Below are positions 51,464 to 61,077 of a DNA stretch of 64,000 bases, one piece after another. Position numbers and translations under genes: made by a program. Positions within the stretch are counted from its first letter, which is position 1, and every line of letters begins with the position of its first letter. The notes beneath the pieces are model-generated. The model did no database searches, had not been told where the DNA came from, and was given only the letters and a program-made list of their open reading frames with translations. This DNA comes from Clostridia bacterium (lineage in GTDB: Bacteria > Bacillota > Clostridia > JAAYHZ01): the NCBI GenBank assembly GCA_050950825.1, contig JBMNIH010000007.1:224001-288000 (forward strand). The letters are read 5' to 3'.

Positions 51464-52444
51464 ATGGCCCTGAAGAGCTTTATCGGTCAAAAGAAGATTA
51501 CGGACAAGCTGCGTCGAGCCCTAAGCTTAGGCACCTTGTCGCATTCTTACCTGTTCAGCGGTCCGGAAGGCATCGGTAAAAAGACCTTGGCTCGAGCCTT
51601 TGCTTCGGAGTTGGTATGTACGTCCCCCGATACCAACGGTCCGTGCGGAAATTGCAATGCATGTAAAATGTTTCGTGCAGGCATACCTACGGACTATTTT
51701 TGGTTGCAGCCGGAGGGGGACCATGTCAGCGTAGACGATATACGAAATATCCAAAGCGATATCGTCATACGCCCCATGTATTCGGAAAGAAAAATATACG
51801 TAATAACCGGGGGAGATACCATGACGGTTCAAGCGCAGAATTGTCTTCTGAAAACATTAGAGGAGCCCCCCGGATATGCCGTTATTATTCTATTAGCGGA
51901 AAAAAGCGAATCCTTGCTTCCTACCGTCATGTCTCGTGTCATTCATTACGAATTGGAAAAGTATACGAAAGAAGACCTTTCCGCCATCCTTGCTCAAAAC
52001 GATATTCGGATAAGCCCGGAATTTTTGAATGCGGTTTACGGCTACAGCGAAGGAGTTCCCGGAAAGGCCATGGATTTGATCCGGTCGGAAGATTTCGTGC
52101 AAATGCGAGAAGACATGATTCGGTTGATTTTAGAATTAATCGGTGATAAACTGAACATAATCGATTGGGCTAACTATTTTGAGAATTATAAAGAAAAGTT
52201 TGCGATTTTATTGAATATACTGCAGCTCTTCTACCGAGATGCACTTATGATTATAAATTCAAATAAGAATAGCATCATCAATGCCGACAAGGAGGATATC
52301 GCGGAAAAGATCGCGAAAAGCCTTGACGGAAGGGAAATAATTCGAAATATCCAACATATCAGTGAAACTCAAGTGAACATTAAAAGAAACGCAAATTATA
52401 GGTTAGCCTTGGAGAATATGTTATTAAACCTTACGGAGGAATGA
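51464..52444 (+). CDS. holB: DNA polymerase III delta-prime subunit
   Basis: HSYLFSGPEGIGK, PCG.C..C, AQNCLLKTLEEPP, LLPTVMSR. Confidence 0.94.
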   Translation: MALKSFIGQKKITDKLRRALSLGTLSHSYLFSGPEGIGKKTLARAFASELVCTSPDTNGPCGNCNACKMFRAGIPTDYFWLQPEGDHVSVDDIRNIQSDIVIRPMYSERKIYVITGGDTMTVQAQNCLLKTLEEPPGYAVIILLAEKSESLLPTVMSRVIHYELEKYTKEDLSAILAQNDIRISPEFLNAVYGYSEGVPGKAMDLIRSEDFVQMREDMIRLILELIGDKLNIIDWANYFENYKEKFAILLNILQLFYRDALMIINSNKNSIINADKEDIAEKIAKSLDGREIIRNIQHISETQVNIKRNANYRLALENMLLNLTEE

Positions 52445-52447
52445 CAC

Positions 52448-53344
52448 ATGGCTAGAATTGTCGGCGTTAGGTTTAAAAAAGTAGGCAAGATCTACTATTT
52501 TAGTCCTGACGATTTAGATATAAAGGTAAACGATAATGTAATTGTGGAGACGGCTCGCGGTATCGAGTTCGGTACCGTAGTCGTAGGGATCCGGGATATT
52601 CCGGATGAAGAATTGATTCACCCTTTGAAAAAGGTGCTCCGGGTAGCGACGTCGGAGGATTTGGAAAAACACCAAGAGAATGCGCAAAAAGAAAAAGAAG
52701 CCTTCAAGATTTGTTTGGAGAAAATAGAAAAGCATAAGCTTCCCATGAAGCTGGTGGATGTGGAATACACCTTTGATAACAACAAAATACTCTTTTACTT
52801 TACGGCGGAAGGAAGGGTGGACTTCCGAGAGCTGGTGAAGGATTTGGCTTCGGTGTTCCGTACAAGAATCGAGCTGAGGCAAATCGGTGTTCGAGACGAA
52901 GCCAAAATGACCGGAAGCATCGGTATTTGCGGAAGAATGCTTTGCTGCAATTCATTTTTAGGCGAGTTCCAACCGGTATCCATAAAAATGGCAAAGGAAC
53001 AAGGATTGTCTTTGAATCCCGCGAAGATCTCGGGAGCTTGCGGTCGTTTGATGTGCTGCTTGAAATACGAGCAGGAATCTTACGAATACTTAATTGATAA
53101 GATGCCCACAATAGGGTCGGAAGTATCTACTCCGAAGGGTGTCGGCGAAGTGATCGGCGTGGAGCTGTTAAAAGAAAAGGTTAAAGTCAAGTTTGTAACC
53201 AACGACGTTATCCAAACGGAAGTATTTCATGCGGATGACATTACGGTATTGAAGAAGACGGAAACCGATACGCCGCCTTCGGTGATTCCGCCCGATTTGG
53301 AAGAAGAAGTTGACATCAACGCATTGAAGAGCTTGGAAGATTAA
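52448..53344 (+). CDS. ricT: PSP1-domain protein RicT/YaaT
   Basis: RVDFRELVKDLA, RQIGVRDEAK, CGRMLCC, GRLMCCLKYE. Confidence 0.93.
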   Translation: MARIVGVRFKKVGKIYYFSPDDLDIKVNDNVIVETARGIEFGTVVVGIRDIPDEELIHPLKKVLRVATSEDLEKHQENAQKEKEAFKICLEKIEKHKLPMKLVDVEYTFDNNKILFYFTAEGRVDFRELVKDLASVFRTRIELRQIGVRDEAKMTGSIGICGRMLCCNSFLGEFQPVSIKMAKEQGLSLNPAKISGACGRLMCCLKYEQESYEYLIDKMPTIGSEVSTPKGVGEVIGVELLKEKVKVKFVTNDVIQTEVFHADDITVLKKTETDTPPSVIPPDLEEEVDINALKSLED

Positions 53345-53399
53345 TTGACGCGGATCAAATCCTATACATGTACTTAATTGGACGGGTTTACAAAAAGAA

Positions 53400-54797
53400 A
53401 TGACGGATCAATTTGTCAAGAACCAAACGGTAGAAGTCGATATCACCGGGATGTCCCACCAAGGATTTGGTGTGGGCAGAGTGGGAGATTTTGTGGTATT
53501 TATCGAAGAAGCTCTGCCCGGTGAGAGAATAAAAGGAAAGCTTGTATCGATTAAAAAAGATTATGCTTACGCCATTATACAGGAGATTATAAAGGAAAGC
53601 CCTGATCGCAGGGCTCCTTTTTGTCCTGTCTTCGGTTTGTGCGGAGGTTGCAGTCTCCAGCACATGAGCTATGAAAGCCAATTAAGAAACAAAACGCAGC
53701 GTGTCGATGATTGCATGAAGCGTATCGGCGGATTTGAGAATGTCCCCGTATTGCCTTGCATAGGCATGGAAGACCCCTTTGATTACCGCAATAAAGTGCA
53801 ATTGGTGGTAAGCGGTTCGGGATTAGGTAAAAAAAGAAACAACAGAGGCTTAAGCGCCGGCTTTTATGCAAGGCGGACCCACCAAGTGGTGTATACGGAA
53901 AGGTGCCGAATTCAACCCGAGATAGCGGATCAAATAAAGGACACCGTATTGCTTTACATGAAAAGCAATAACATATCGGTTTATGACGAAACCAAGCACA
54001 AGGGATTGGTTCGCCATATTATGATACGAAAAAGCGTCAACACCGACGATATTATGGTGGCCATTGTGGCAACCGAGAATAACCGTTCCTTTATGAAAGG
54101 CTTAACGGATTTTCTTGTGTCCTTTTTCCCGGATATAAAGACGGTGGTGTTGAATTTGAATGATAAAGTCACCAATGTCATATTGGGGGACGAATGCATC
54201 CATTACTACGGGGACGGAACCATCGAAGAAAAGATCAACGATTTGACATTCCGCATATCCGTTTTGTCTTTCTTCCAAGTCAATACCGTTCAAATGAAGG
54301 TTCTGTATGACAAAGTAAAAGAATTCGCAGCGCTTACCGGAGATGAAACCGTTTGGGATTTATATTGCGGCGCCGGAACCATCGGTCTTTATTTGGCTCA
54401 TCAGGCCAAGAAGGTAATCGGTATTGAAGCGGTTCCCGAAGCCGTTGAGAATGCAAGAGAAAATGCTCTGATAAACAAAATCGACAATGCGGAATTTATT
54501 GTCGGCAAGGCGGAAGATAAAATTGAGGAGCTTGTACAAAAGGCTAAAGACCACATCCCCGATCTTGTCATCGTAGATCCTCCTCGAAAAGGATGTCACC
54601 AACGCCTTCTAGACGCCCTATGTGAACTTAAGGCTCCTAAACTCATCTATGTTTCATGTAACCCTTCCACGTTGGCAAGAGACTTACAACACCTTACGCA
54701 ACACGGCCAATACGAAATACAAAAAGTGCAGCCTGTAGACATGTTCCCGTGGACAGAGCACGTTGAGTGCGTAGTAATGATGTCAAGGGAAAAATAG
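53400..54797 (+). CDS. rlmD: 23S rRNA (uracil-5-)-methyltransferase RlmD/RumA
   Basis: TRAM domain, C..F..CGGC, SFFQVN, DLYCGAG, VDPPRKG, YVSCNP, DMFP.T.HVE. Confidence 0.96.
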   Translation: MTDQFVKNQTVEVDITGMSHQGFGVGRVGDFVVFIEEALPGERIKGKLVSIKKDYAYAIIQEIIKESPDRRAPFCPVFGLCGGCSLQHMSYESQLRNKTQRVDDCMKRIGGFENVPVLPCIGMEDPFDYRNKVQLVVSGSGLGKKRNNRGLSAGFYARRTHQVVYTERCRIQPEIADQIKDTVLLYMKSNNISVYDETKHKGLVRHIMIRKSVNTDDIMVAIVATENNRSFMKGLTDFLVSFFPDIKTVVLNLNDKVTNVILGDECIHYYGDGTIEEKINDLTFRISVLSFFQVNTVQMKVLYDKVKEFAALTGDETVWDLYCGAGTIGLYLAHQAKKVIGIEAVPEAVENARENALINKIDNAEFIVGKAEDKIEELVQKAKDHIPDLVIVDPPRKGCHQRLLDALCELKAPKLIYVSCNPSTLARDLQHLTQHGQYEIQKVQPVDMFPWTEHVECVVMMSREK

Positions 54798-54911
54798 CAA
54801 GTGTAAAAAAGGCCTTGATATAAGGGAATTTCGAGGTTTCCACCTAGAAAAACACTGCATATAAATTACCGGATTTTCACTTCATGAGAACAGGTCTGAA
54901 CAGCTAAAAAA

Positions 54912-55036
54912 CCTTGTGATAGAGCGATTTAGATGTCAGCGCTTTGTGAGTGTACAGGTTAGATGTCAGCCTTCGCGAGTGGACGATTTAGATGTTTTTT
55001 CAGATTTTTTTGAGGTTGTGTGGTCAGGTTGGATGT
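54912..55036 (+). repeat. Imperfect ~30 bp tandem repeats with a TT(A/G)GATGT core
   Basis: TTAGATGT at 54929, 54959 and 54988, and TTGGATGT at 55029; the first two extend to TTAGATGTCAGC. Confidence 0.75.
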
Positions 55037-55199
55037 TGGTATAATAAGTTGTAAAATAGGCTAATCAACATTGTGGGAATATACTTATATGTTTATTAGC
55101 TATTATACAATAAGAAAAGATGAATCTATACTCAATATTAAAATTTTAGCAAATAATATTTTGATAAAACAATGAGTGGAAAGGTGGTTGTTATGATTT

Positions 55200-56039
55200 A
55201 TGGAATGTGTATATTCTCTTTTAGTTGGAGCTTTAAAGGTATTTAATGACTTTAGTTGGAGCACTGAAAAAGTTGAATTTACGTATGACTATAAAGCGAT
55301 ACGATTTAAAGAATTAATGAATAAATATAAAATACATGAAGTTGCAGGTAATGGAAGTGAACTCGAAAAAGCTATAAATTTACTGCAGTGGTGTAGTAAA
55401 AATGTACTTCATAATGGTGGAACAAAGGACGTTGAGTTTATTCCTAAAACGTCTATTGATATTCTTGATTATTCTTATCAAAAAGGTCGTGAGTTTGGCG
55501 TCTATTGTCGTCTTCAAGCTATTGTATTTACAGAATGTTGTCTTGCATTGGGTATAAAGTCAAGAATATTGCATTGCTTGCCTTATTCTCCCTATGATTT
55601 TGATACACACGTAGTTTCTATGGTTTACATAAAAGATTTATCAAAATGGATTCTATTTGACCCTGGTAATAACCGTTATTTTATTGATGAAATGGACAAT
55701 ATTTTGTCTCCGTTGGAAATTCGTAGCCGTTTAGCCAATGACAGATTTATTAAATGTAATATTCAAGATGACAACTATAAAGCTTATATGGCGAAAAATC
55801 TGTTTTATTTTAAATCCTTGCAAATCAATACTTTTGGTTCGGATTTGCAAACAAATCAAAAAACTATTTACTGTATTCCTAACGGTTTTAATGCGTTGGA
55901 TAGAGAAGTAGCATATTGTGAATATGCTATAAAAAACAGCCCTGATTATTTGATTGATGATTGGAAAAAAGCACTTAATGATTATAAAAACAGAACATAT
56001 TTTATTAATTTAAGTGCAGAAGATTTCTTTGGTAACTGA
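55200..56039 (+). CDS. Transglutaminase-like (papain-fold) protein
   Basis: GVYCR...LALGIKSR, HVV and WILFDP match Cys-His-Asp triad spacing. Confidence 0.75.
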   Translation: MECVYSLLVGALKVFNDFSWSTEKVEFTYDYKAIRFKELMNKYKIHEVAGNGSELEKAINLLQWCSKNVLHNGGTKDVEFIPKTSIDILDYSYQKGREFGVYCRLQAIVFTECCLALGIKSRILHCLPYSPYDFDTHVVSMVYIKDLSKWILFDPGNNRYFIDEMDNILSPLEIRSRLANDRFIKCNIQDDNYKAYMAKNLFYFKSLQINTFGSDLQTNQKTIYCIPNGFNALDREVAYCEYAIKNSPDYLIDDWKKALNDYKNRTYFINLSAEDFFGN

Positions 56040-56095
56040 ACATATTCAACAAGGCATATCTTAACCTAATAATCTGTTATTTCGGAGGTTTTGCC

Positions 56096-57067
56096 ATGGC
56101 CGATCACAACAAAATAATCCACTATATACCACCCATGCCTCCAAAGCGTGAAAAACGAGTAGGCATATATTGCCGCGTGAGTACAAACAGTGTTGATCAA
56201 TTGAAAAGCCTTACTACTCAAGTCTCAGCGCTAACAAGATTAGTTGCAGCAAATCCTAAATGGCTACTGGTTGATGTATATCTTGACGTTGCCTCTAGTA
56301 AGACCGGTTCTACCAGGAAAGAATTTACCCGTATGCTGCAAGACTGCAAATCACGCGATATAGAAATTGTTTTGACAAAGAGTATCAGCCGGTTTGGTCG
56401 TGATACGGTGGAAATTCTCGATGCATTGAACCAGCTAAGAAATCTCGGCGTTCGTGTTATATTTGAACAGGAAGTACTTGATACAGCCGATACAGATAAT
56501 GACCTTTTGATTTCAATTATCGAATCAATAGCGCAGGCAGAAAATGAATCACGCAGTGAAAATATTAAGTGGGGAATCAAACAACGCGCTGCGCAAGGTA
56601 CCTCAAAACTTTATAACAGAAAATGCTATGGATATTACAATGATGAAGATGGCAATCTGGCAATTAATGAGTCAGAGGCAAAAAATGTTCGATTAATATA
56701 TAACCTATACCTACAGGGCAAGAGTGTTATAGGTATTGTAAAAGAACTTAAACGGCTGGGGATCAAATCCCCTACCGGAAAGGACACTTGGCCCAAAAGA
56801 TCAATTGATGTAATCCTTAGTAACGAAAAGTACATCGGAAATGCTCGGCTGTTGGATGACGGAAAACATAGCTCATATTATTTAGCTGAAGACAATAATC
56901 CGGCAATAATCTCTAAGGAAACATTTCAAGCAGTGCAGATTGAAAAACAGCACCGGAGTAATGTTATTAAAAAGCGAAGAAGGAGTCCAGAGAAAAAGCA
57001 AAAAATACAGCTCAAAAAGGTAAAAAACAAAAATAGCCTAATTGAAAATCATTTCTTGAGTGCATAG
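56096..57067 (+). CDS. Short large-serine-recombinase family protein (resolvase + recombinase domains, no zinc ribbon/coiled coil)
   Basis: YCRVST, KSISRFGRD, AQAENESRSENIKWG, YGY, ILSNEKYIG, PAIIS.E.F..VQ. Confidence 0.9.
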   Translation: MADHNKIIHYIPPMPPKREKRVGIYCRVSTNSVDQLKSLTTQVSALTRLVAANPKWLLVDVYLDVASSKTGSTRKEFTRMLQDCKSRDIEIVLTKSISRFGRDTVEILDALNQLRNLGVRVIFEQEVLDTADTDNDLLISIIESIAQAENESRSENIKWGIKQRAAQGTSKLYNRKCYGYYNDEDGNLAINESEAKNVRLIYNLYLQGKSVIGIVKELKRLGIKSPTGKDTWPKRSIDVILSNEKYIGNARLLDDGKHSSYYLAEDNNPAIISKETFQAVQIEKQHRSNVIKKRRRSPEKKQKIQLKKVKNKNSLIENHFLSA

Positions 57068-57141
57068 GTTGGATATAATAGCAGCTAAAATACAGCATTT
57101 TTCCTTTATTTGTGGGAATGTGTGAAATAGCCTAAAAATTT

Positions 57142-57183
57142 CATGTGGAGTGTGTAACATTGATGTCAAGAGTTAAGAAATAA
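57142..57183 (+). repeat. Second copy of the rlmD 3' end (att site), HVECVTLMSRVKK*
   Basis: In-frame homologue of HVECVVMMSREK* at 54759-54797. Confidence 0.88.
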
Positions 57184-57418
57184 AAAACTGAAAAGCTTGT
57201 AAATAAAGGGTTTCCAGACATTTAGCTTTTCTCAAGGCCGATCTGCCGGATGTGGCAATGTCAGGGAACCCTTAATTTTATTGCTTGTGGGAACATATCA
57301 AAAACCTTGAAAATTTATAGTTGAGTTACCAGATTAGATAACTGCTTATTTTTCAAGGGGTTGAGGATATAGGATGGATGTATTACTGCTTATTATCTTT
57401 ATGCGATAAAACACATGA

Positions 57419-58465
57419 TTATAATAACATCTTTTCTACTATTGCGTTCAACTGTTTTGATATGTTGGAAAAGTCAGTATTCAAGTCCAAAGTTTTAACG
57501 CTAATACGATTACCGCCGATAATATAATCGTTGTCCGGTACAATATCTTCATCAGTTTTGGCATAAAGCAAAAGGCCGCTTATATTTCCCGAACGAGCTA
57601 AATCCATGTTTTTTACATAAGTAAATATCTGATACAAATTGTGAGAATGGATTGTTTGGCTGTTGAACAAGCTGTTTATCTGCATGGTCTTCTCATAGTA
57701 TTTTGTGTCTATAATGAGTGTTTTGCCCCGATATCGAAGAGTTATATCTGATTTCATAGTAGGTAAATATTCTATTTCTCCACCGTCGACATCCCAGTCA
57801 ATAATGGTGGATGAAGCATTAAACTGGGGATAATGCCTACGATAATATTCCAACACAAATTTTTCATAAAGCCTGTGCATATGCTGGTCGTCTACATAGC
57901 GGGCCAACTTTCGGGAACCGTCCTGCTCGGTCATTAGCATACCTTCGATAACTAGATAGCAGATATTCAGCAGCATTTTATAGGTGGCATTATTCCTATG
58001 GTATCTGATACTCGACCATTGAATTCTGCGCGGATTTATTTCATCAACATTACTGAAATAAAGCATTGTTTTCCTTAAGGCTTTTTTATGCTGCGTTGAT
58101 ACTTCCGGACAGCGTATCAAAAGCATTGCAGTGGTTTTGAGTATTTTATTCAAGTAACTGTTTTCTGTAAACTCATCATAATCACAGACCAGTTTCTTTT
58201 TAAGCATGGAATTCTGTACAATGGAGGCTGAGACATTGATTTTACCTGCAGGTGAAATAACGGCTTCTGTTTTGCTGATATACTCCCTACTTAATCCCCT
58301 TTTGATTTGGCTGGCGATACCTTTGGAAAGAATTGCTGCAAATAAATCAGAAGTATATTCGAAATCTTCAGTTGCTACTTGTTTATAGCCTTCTTCATTT
58401 AAGACATGAAAAGCATAAGCAAGCATATAGTATATATTTTGAATTCTAATCATACAAAGCCTCAC
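57419..58465 (-). CDS. mcrC: McrC restriction endonuclease subunit
   Basis: IQNIYYMLAYAF, LYEKFV, SDI...IIDTKYY (PD-D/ExK), YQIFTY; the start is probably the ATG at 58453. Confidence 0.92.
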   Translation of the reverse strand: MRLCMIRIQNIYYMLAYAFHVLNEEGYKQVATEDFEYTSDLFAAILSKGIASQIKRGLSREYISKTEAVISPAGKINVSASIVQNSMLKKKLVCDYDEFTENSYLNKILKTTAMLLIRCPEVSTQHKKALRKTMLYFSNVDEINPRRIQWSSIRYHRNNATYKMLLNICYLVIEGMLMTEQDGSRKLARYVDDQHMHRLYEKFVLEYYRRHYPQFNASSTIIDWDVDGGEIEYLPTMKSDITLRYRGKTLIIDTKYYEKTMQINSLFNSQTIHSHNLYQIFTYVKNMDLARSGNISGLLLYAKTDEDIVPDNDYIIGGNRISVKTLDLNTDFSNISKQLNAIVEKMLL

Positions 58466-61061
58466 TCAGCCTTTTTGTCCACTGTTCTATTTTGGATGGT
58501 TCGTCAAACCAATATTCGTTTAAAAGAGGCAACAATTCATACTTAATAACGGATTCCAGCCATTCGTCGGTTACCTCACTATTTGTGCACAGATAACTGT
58601 GTCCAATTCTGAACCCACTGCCAAGGGATTCATCCTTGCAGATAAAGTCATTCAAAGCTTTAATTTGCTCAACCAGGGCATTAAACTTGGGGTTGTTTGC
58701 TTGCTGTATAATTTTTTTAAACCCTTCAGAGTCAAAAGCAGGCTCGAGTTCAAAGAAAGCGAATCTTCTTCTCAAAGCATAATCGATTATGGCAAGGCTG
58801 CGGTCGGCAGTATTCATCATACCGATAATGTAGAGATTTTTGGGAACAGAAAATAACTCGTTGGAGTAAAGAAGGCGTAGTTTTTCACCGCGTTTTTCCT
58901 TTTCTATAAGCATCATCAACTCACCAAAAATTTTGCTTACATTGCCGCGGTTAATTTCGTCAATGATAAAGAAATAATCCCGTTCATCGTCATCCTGTGC
59001 TGTTTTGCAGAACTGGTAAAAAGGCCCGGGGGTAAGCTCAAATCCGTCTTTGGTTGGCCGGAATCCCATAATAAAGTCTTCATAGCTGTAACTTTGATGG
59101 AATTGAACCATCATAACGCGGCTTGTATCTTTTTGCCCCATTATGGAAAAAGCAAGTCTTTTGGCAGCAAAAGTTTTACCAACGCCGGGCGCTCCTTGCA
59201 GGATGATGTTTTTCTTGGTTTTTAAGAGATTAACCAAAGTATTGTAACGTTCGGCATCCATGAAAACTTCATTGAGGAAGTTATCTTCGGTGTAGGACTC
59301 ATACACAATTTCTTTTTCTTCAATATCTACAGAGTCATCATCAATAAAGAGCGCTTCTAGTTTTTGTACATAATCAGTATAAGGAGTTATGTCGGTAAGG
59401 GTTTTCATGACAGCTTGTCCCGGGTGTTCCCACTCCCCGTTATGTGTCCATTTGATTTTACGAATATGTTTATACTCATCGCGATCTGCGTCAAAAATAT
59501 AGTCGGATTCAACTATGCCACGCCCGATTACTTTACGCATACCTCTTTTTGCATAAACAATGTCGCCGACTTTGATCTCATTAGCAAACTGCCATGTGGC
59601 AAGGGCTGAATTCGTATATGAGTATTCAGCGCCATACATTTCCTTCATTTTGGCTTTCATGGCTTCTTTGCTTGGGTATTGTTTAAGGTCGCCTAATTCA
59701 TCCCACCCAATACCCATAATCCCTTGAGAATAGAATTCTTCCCACTTGGAAGAATTACTACCTGGGGCGTAAATCCAGTATCGTCTTGGGGAAGCGGATG
59801 ATATAGCTTCTTCTGTATTCCTTGGTGCCACACGATTGTAGGTACCATTGATAATGCTGTCTATTGTATCAGCCTGTTCGATAGTAAGTTTATAGTTAGT
59901 AGCGTTGGGGAAATTAATAATACTTACATTTTTCAGCCGGTCATCTGCCAGTAAATCTTCTCTTTTTATAATAGCATCCGTTATTTTATGCGTCAGTTCA
60001 ATATCCACGACAGGGCTTTCTCCTGTATTTAATTTGCCGGAAACTGCATAGGGATCAGGTTCATTATTTTCTCTGATTTCCGGGTCACAGAGGATAACTC
60101 CTGAAGCAACAATGCCCCCCTTAGGGCCTGAAACCCATATATAAGCGCGGTCGCCTTTTTTAATCTGATTATGGTATTGCTTTACGCTCCATGTTACAAC
60201 ATCAAGATCCTTAATAGCACCCATAACATCATAGTATTTGGGATTACCTTGAAAAATCCAACCTATTTTTTTATCAGCGGTTGAAGTGATATTATTATTC
60301 CGTGCTCCCGAAGTTGTTGTAGCCCATGCTATGTGGGACAGTTCGGGAAAACTGTGATAAGGACTGTCGCTCTTTGCAAAGATTTCTTTACATACAGTAA
60401 TGAGATCTAAATAGGTTTTTGCACTTGGAAGCTGCTTCAAGTTAGAAATTTTGGTAATATTCGCGTAATAAGGAGAGCTATCTTGTGTCAGATAACTTCT
60501 GTTACGATCATCAAGGTTTAAGTAGGAAAAGGGGCGTACCCAATACAGTCCCATAGTTAAATTCCACTTAATTCCAAGTTGCTTTCTTACTTTATCATAA
60601 CAGGCTATAAATGCTGACTTGGAGACTTCTGACGGATTGTCTGCATAGTTTAATCCGGCTTCAAATGTGTCCCATAGGTTGGGAATATCATCTTCTTTTC
60701 GCTTACTTTTACCGGCGAAAAACCAGGCCTTCATGTTGTTTAGTACCGGAATGCCGTCAAATTCTGTAGGCACTGAAGTCTTAACACCGAGTTTACTGCC
60801 AATGCCTTTCATCAAAGCAATACGATTTTCATTGGAAATTCCTTTATTGAAACAGCCAAATACGGTAAACGGGCAAATATCATCAATCAGCATACCGCCC
60901 TTTTCTATAAACGGATAGCGCAATCCTAAATCGTTATAAACATCTTTTAACAACTCAAGAAGATACGAACGATTATTTTTATATGGCAACAGTTTATCAG
61001 CAAACTCCATATAAAAAGAAGTCCAGGCAAATTGATTTTTTAATTGAATATTTGAATCCAT
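58446..61061 (-). CDS. mcrB: McrB-family AAA+ GTPase with an extended multi-domain N-terminus
   Basis: GAPGVGKT, QFHQSYSYEDF, IDEINRG, MNTADRS and DYALRRRF motifs; two PUA/EVE-like segments. Confidence 0.92.
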   Translation of the reverse strand: MDSNIQLKNQFAWTSFYMEFADKLLPYKNNRSYLLELLKDVYNDLGLRYPFIEKGGMLIDDICPFTVFGCFNKGISNENRIALMKGIGSKLGVKTSVPTEFDGIPVLNNMKAWFFAGKSKRKEDDIPNLWDTFEAGLNYADNPSEVSKSAFIACYDKVRKQLGIKWNLTMGLYWVRPFSYLNLDDRNRSYLTQDSSPYYANITKISNLKQLPSAKTYLDLITVCKEIFAKSDSPYHSFPELSHIAWATTTSGARNNNITSTADKKIGWIFQGNPKYYDVMGAIKDLDVVTWSVKQYHNQIKKGDRAYIWVSGPKGGIVASGVILCDPEIRENNEPDPYAVSGKLNTGESPVVDIELTHKITDAIIKREDLLADDRLKNVSIINFPNATNYKLTIEQADTIDSIINGTYNRVAPRNTEEAISSASPRRYWIYAPGSNSSKWEEFYSQGIMGIGWDELGDLKQYPSKEAMKAKMKEMYGAEYSYTNSALATWQFANEIKVGDIVYAKRGMRKVIGRGIVESDYIFDADRDEYKHIRKIKWTHNGEWEHPGQAVMKTLTDITPYTDYVQKLEALFIDDDSVDIEEKEIVYESYTEDNFLNEVFMDAERYNTLVNLLKTKKNIILQGAPGVGKTFAAKRLAFSIMGQKDTSRVMMVQFHQSYSYEDFIMGFRPTKDGFELTPGPFYQFCKTAQDDDERDYFFIIDEINRGNVSKIFGELMMLIEKEKRGEKLRLLYSNELFSVPKNLYIIGMMNTADRSLAIIDYALRRRFAFFELEPAFDSEGFKKIIQQANNPKFNALVEQIKALNDFICKDESLGSGFRIGHSYLCTNSEVTDEWLESVIKYELLPLLNEYWFDEPSKIEQWTKRLSEALYD

Positions 61062-61077
61062 ATCTTTGCACCTCTAA

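Larger units (their letters stand above)
54759..57141 (+). mobile_element. 2.4 kb integrative mini-element at the rlmD 3' end (cargo + serine recombinase)
   Basis: Bounded by CACGTTGAGTGCGTA..TGATGTCAAG (54759) and CATGTGGAGTGTGTA..TGATGTCAAG (57142); AT-rich relative to rlmD. Confidence 0.8.

Noticed and set aside
54912-55036. ~30 bp periodic repeats as a possible CRISPR array
   Set aside because: The repeats are contiguous and degenerate with no unique spacers, and there are no cas genes.
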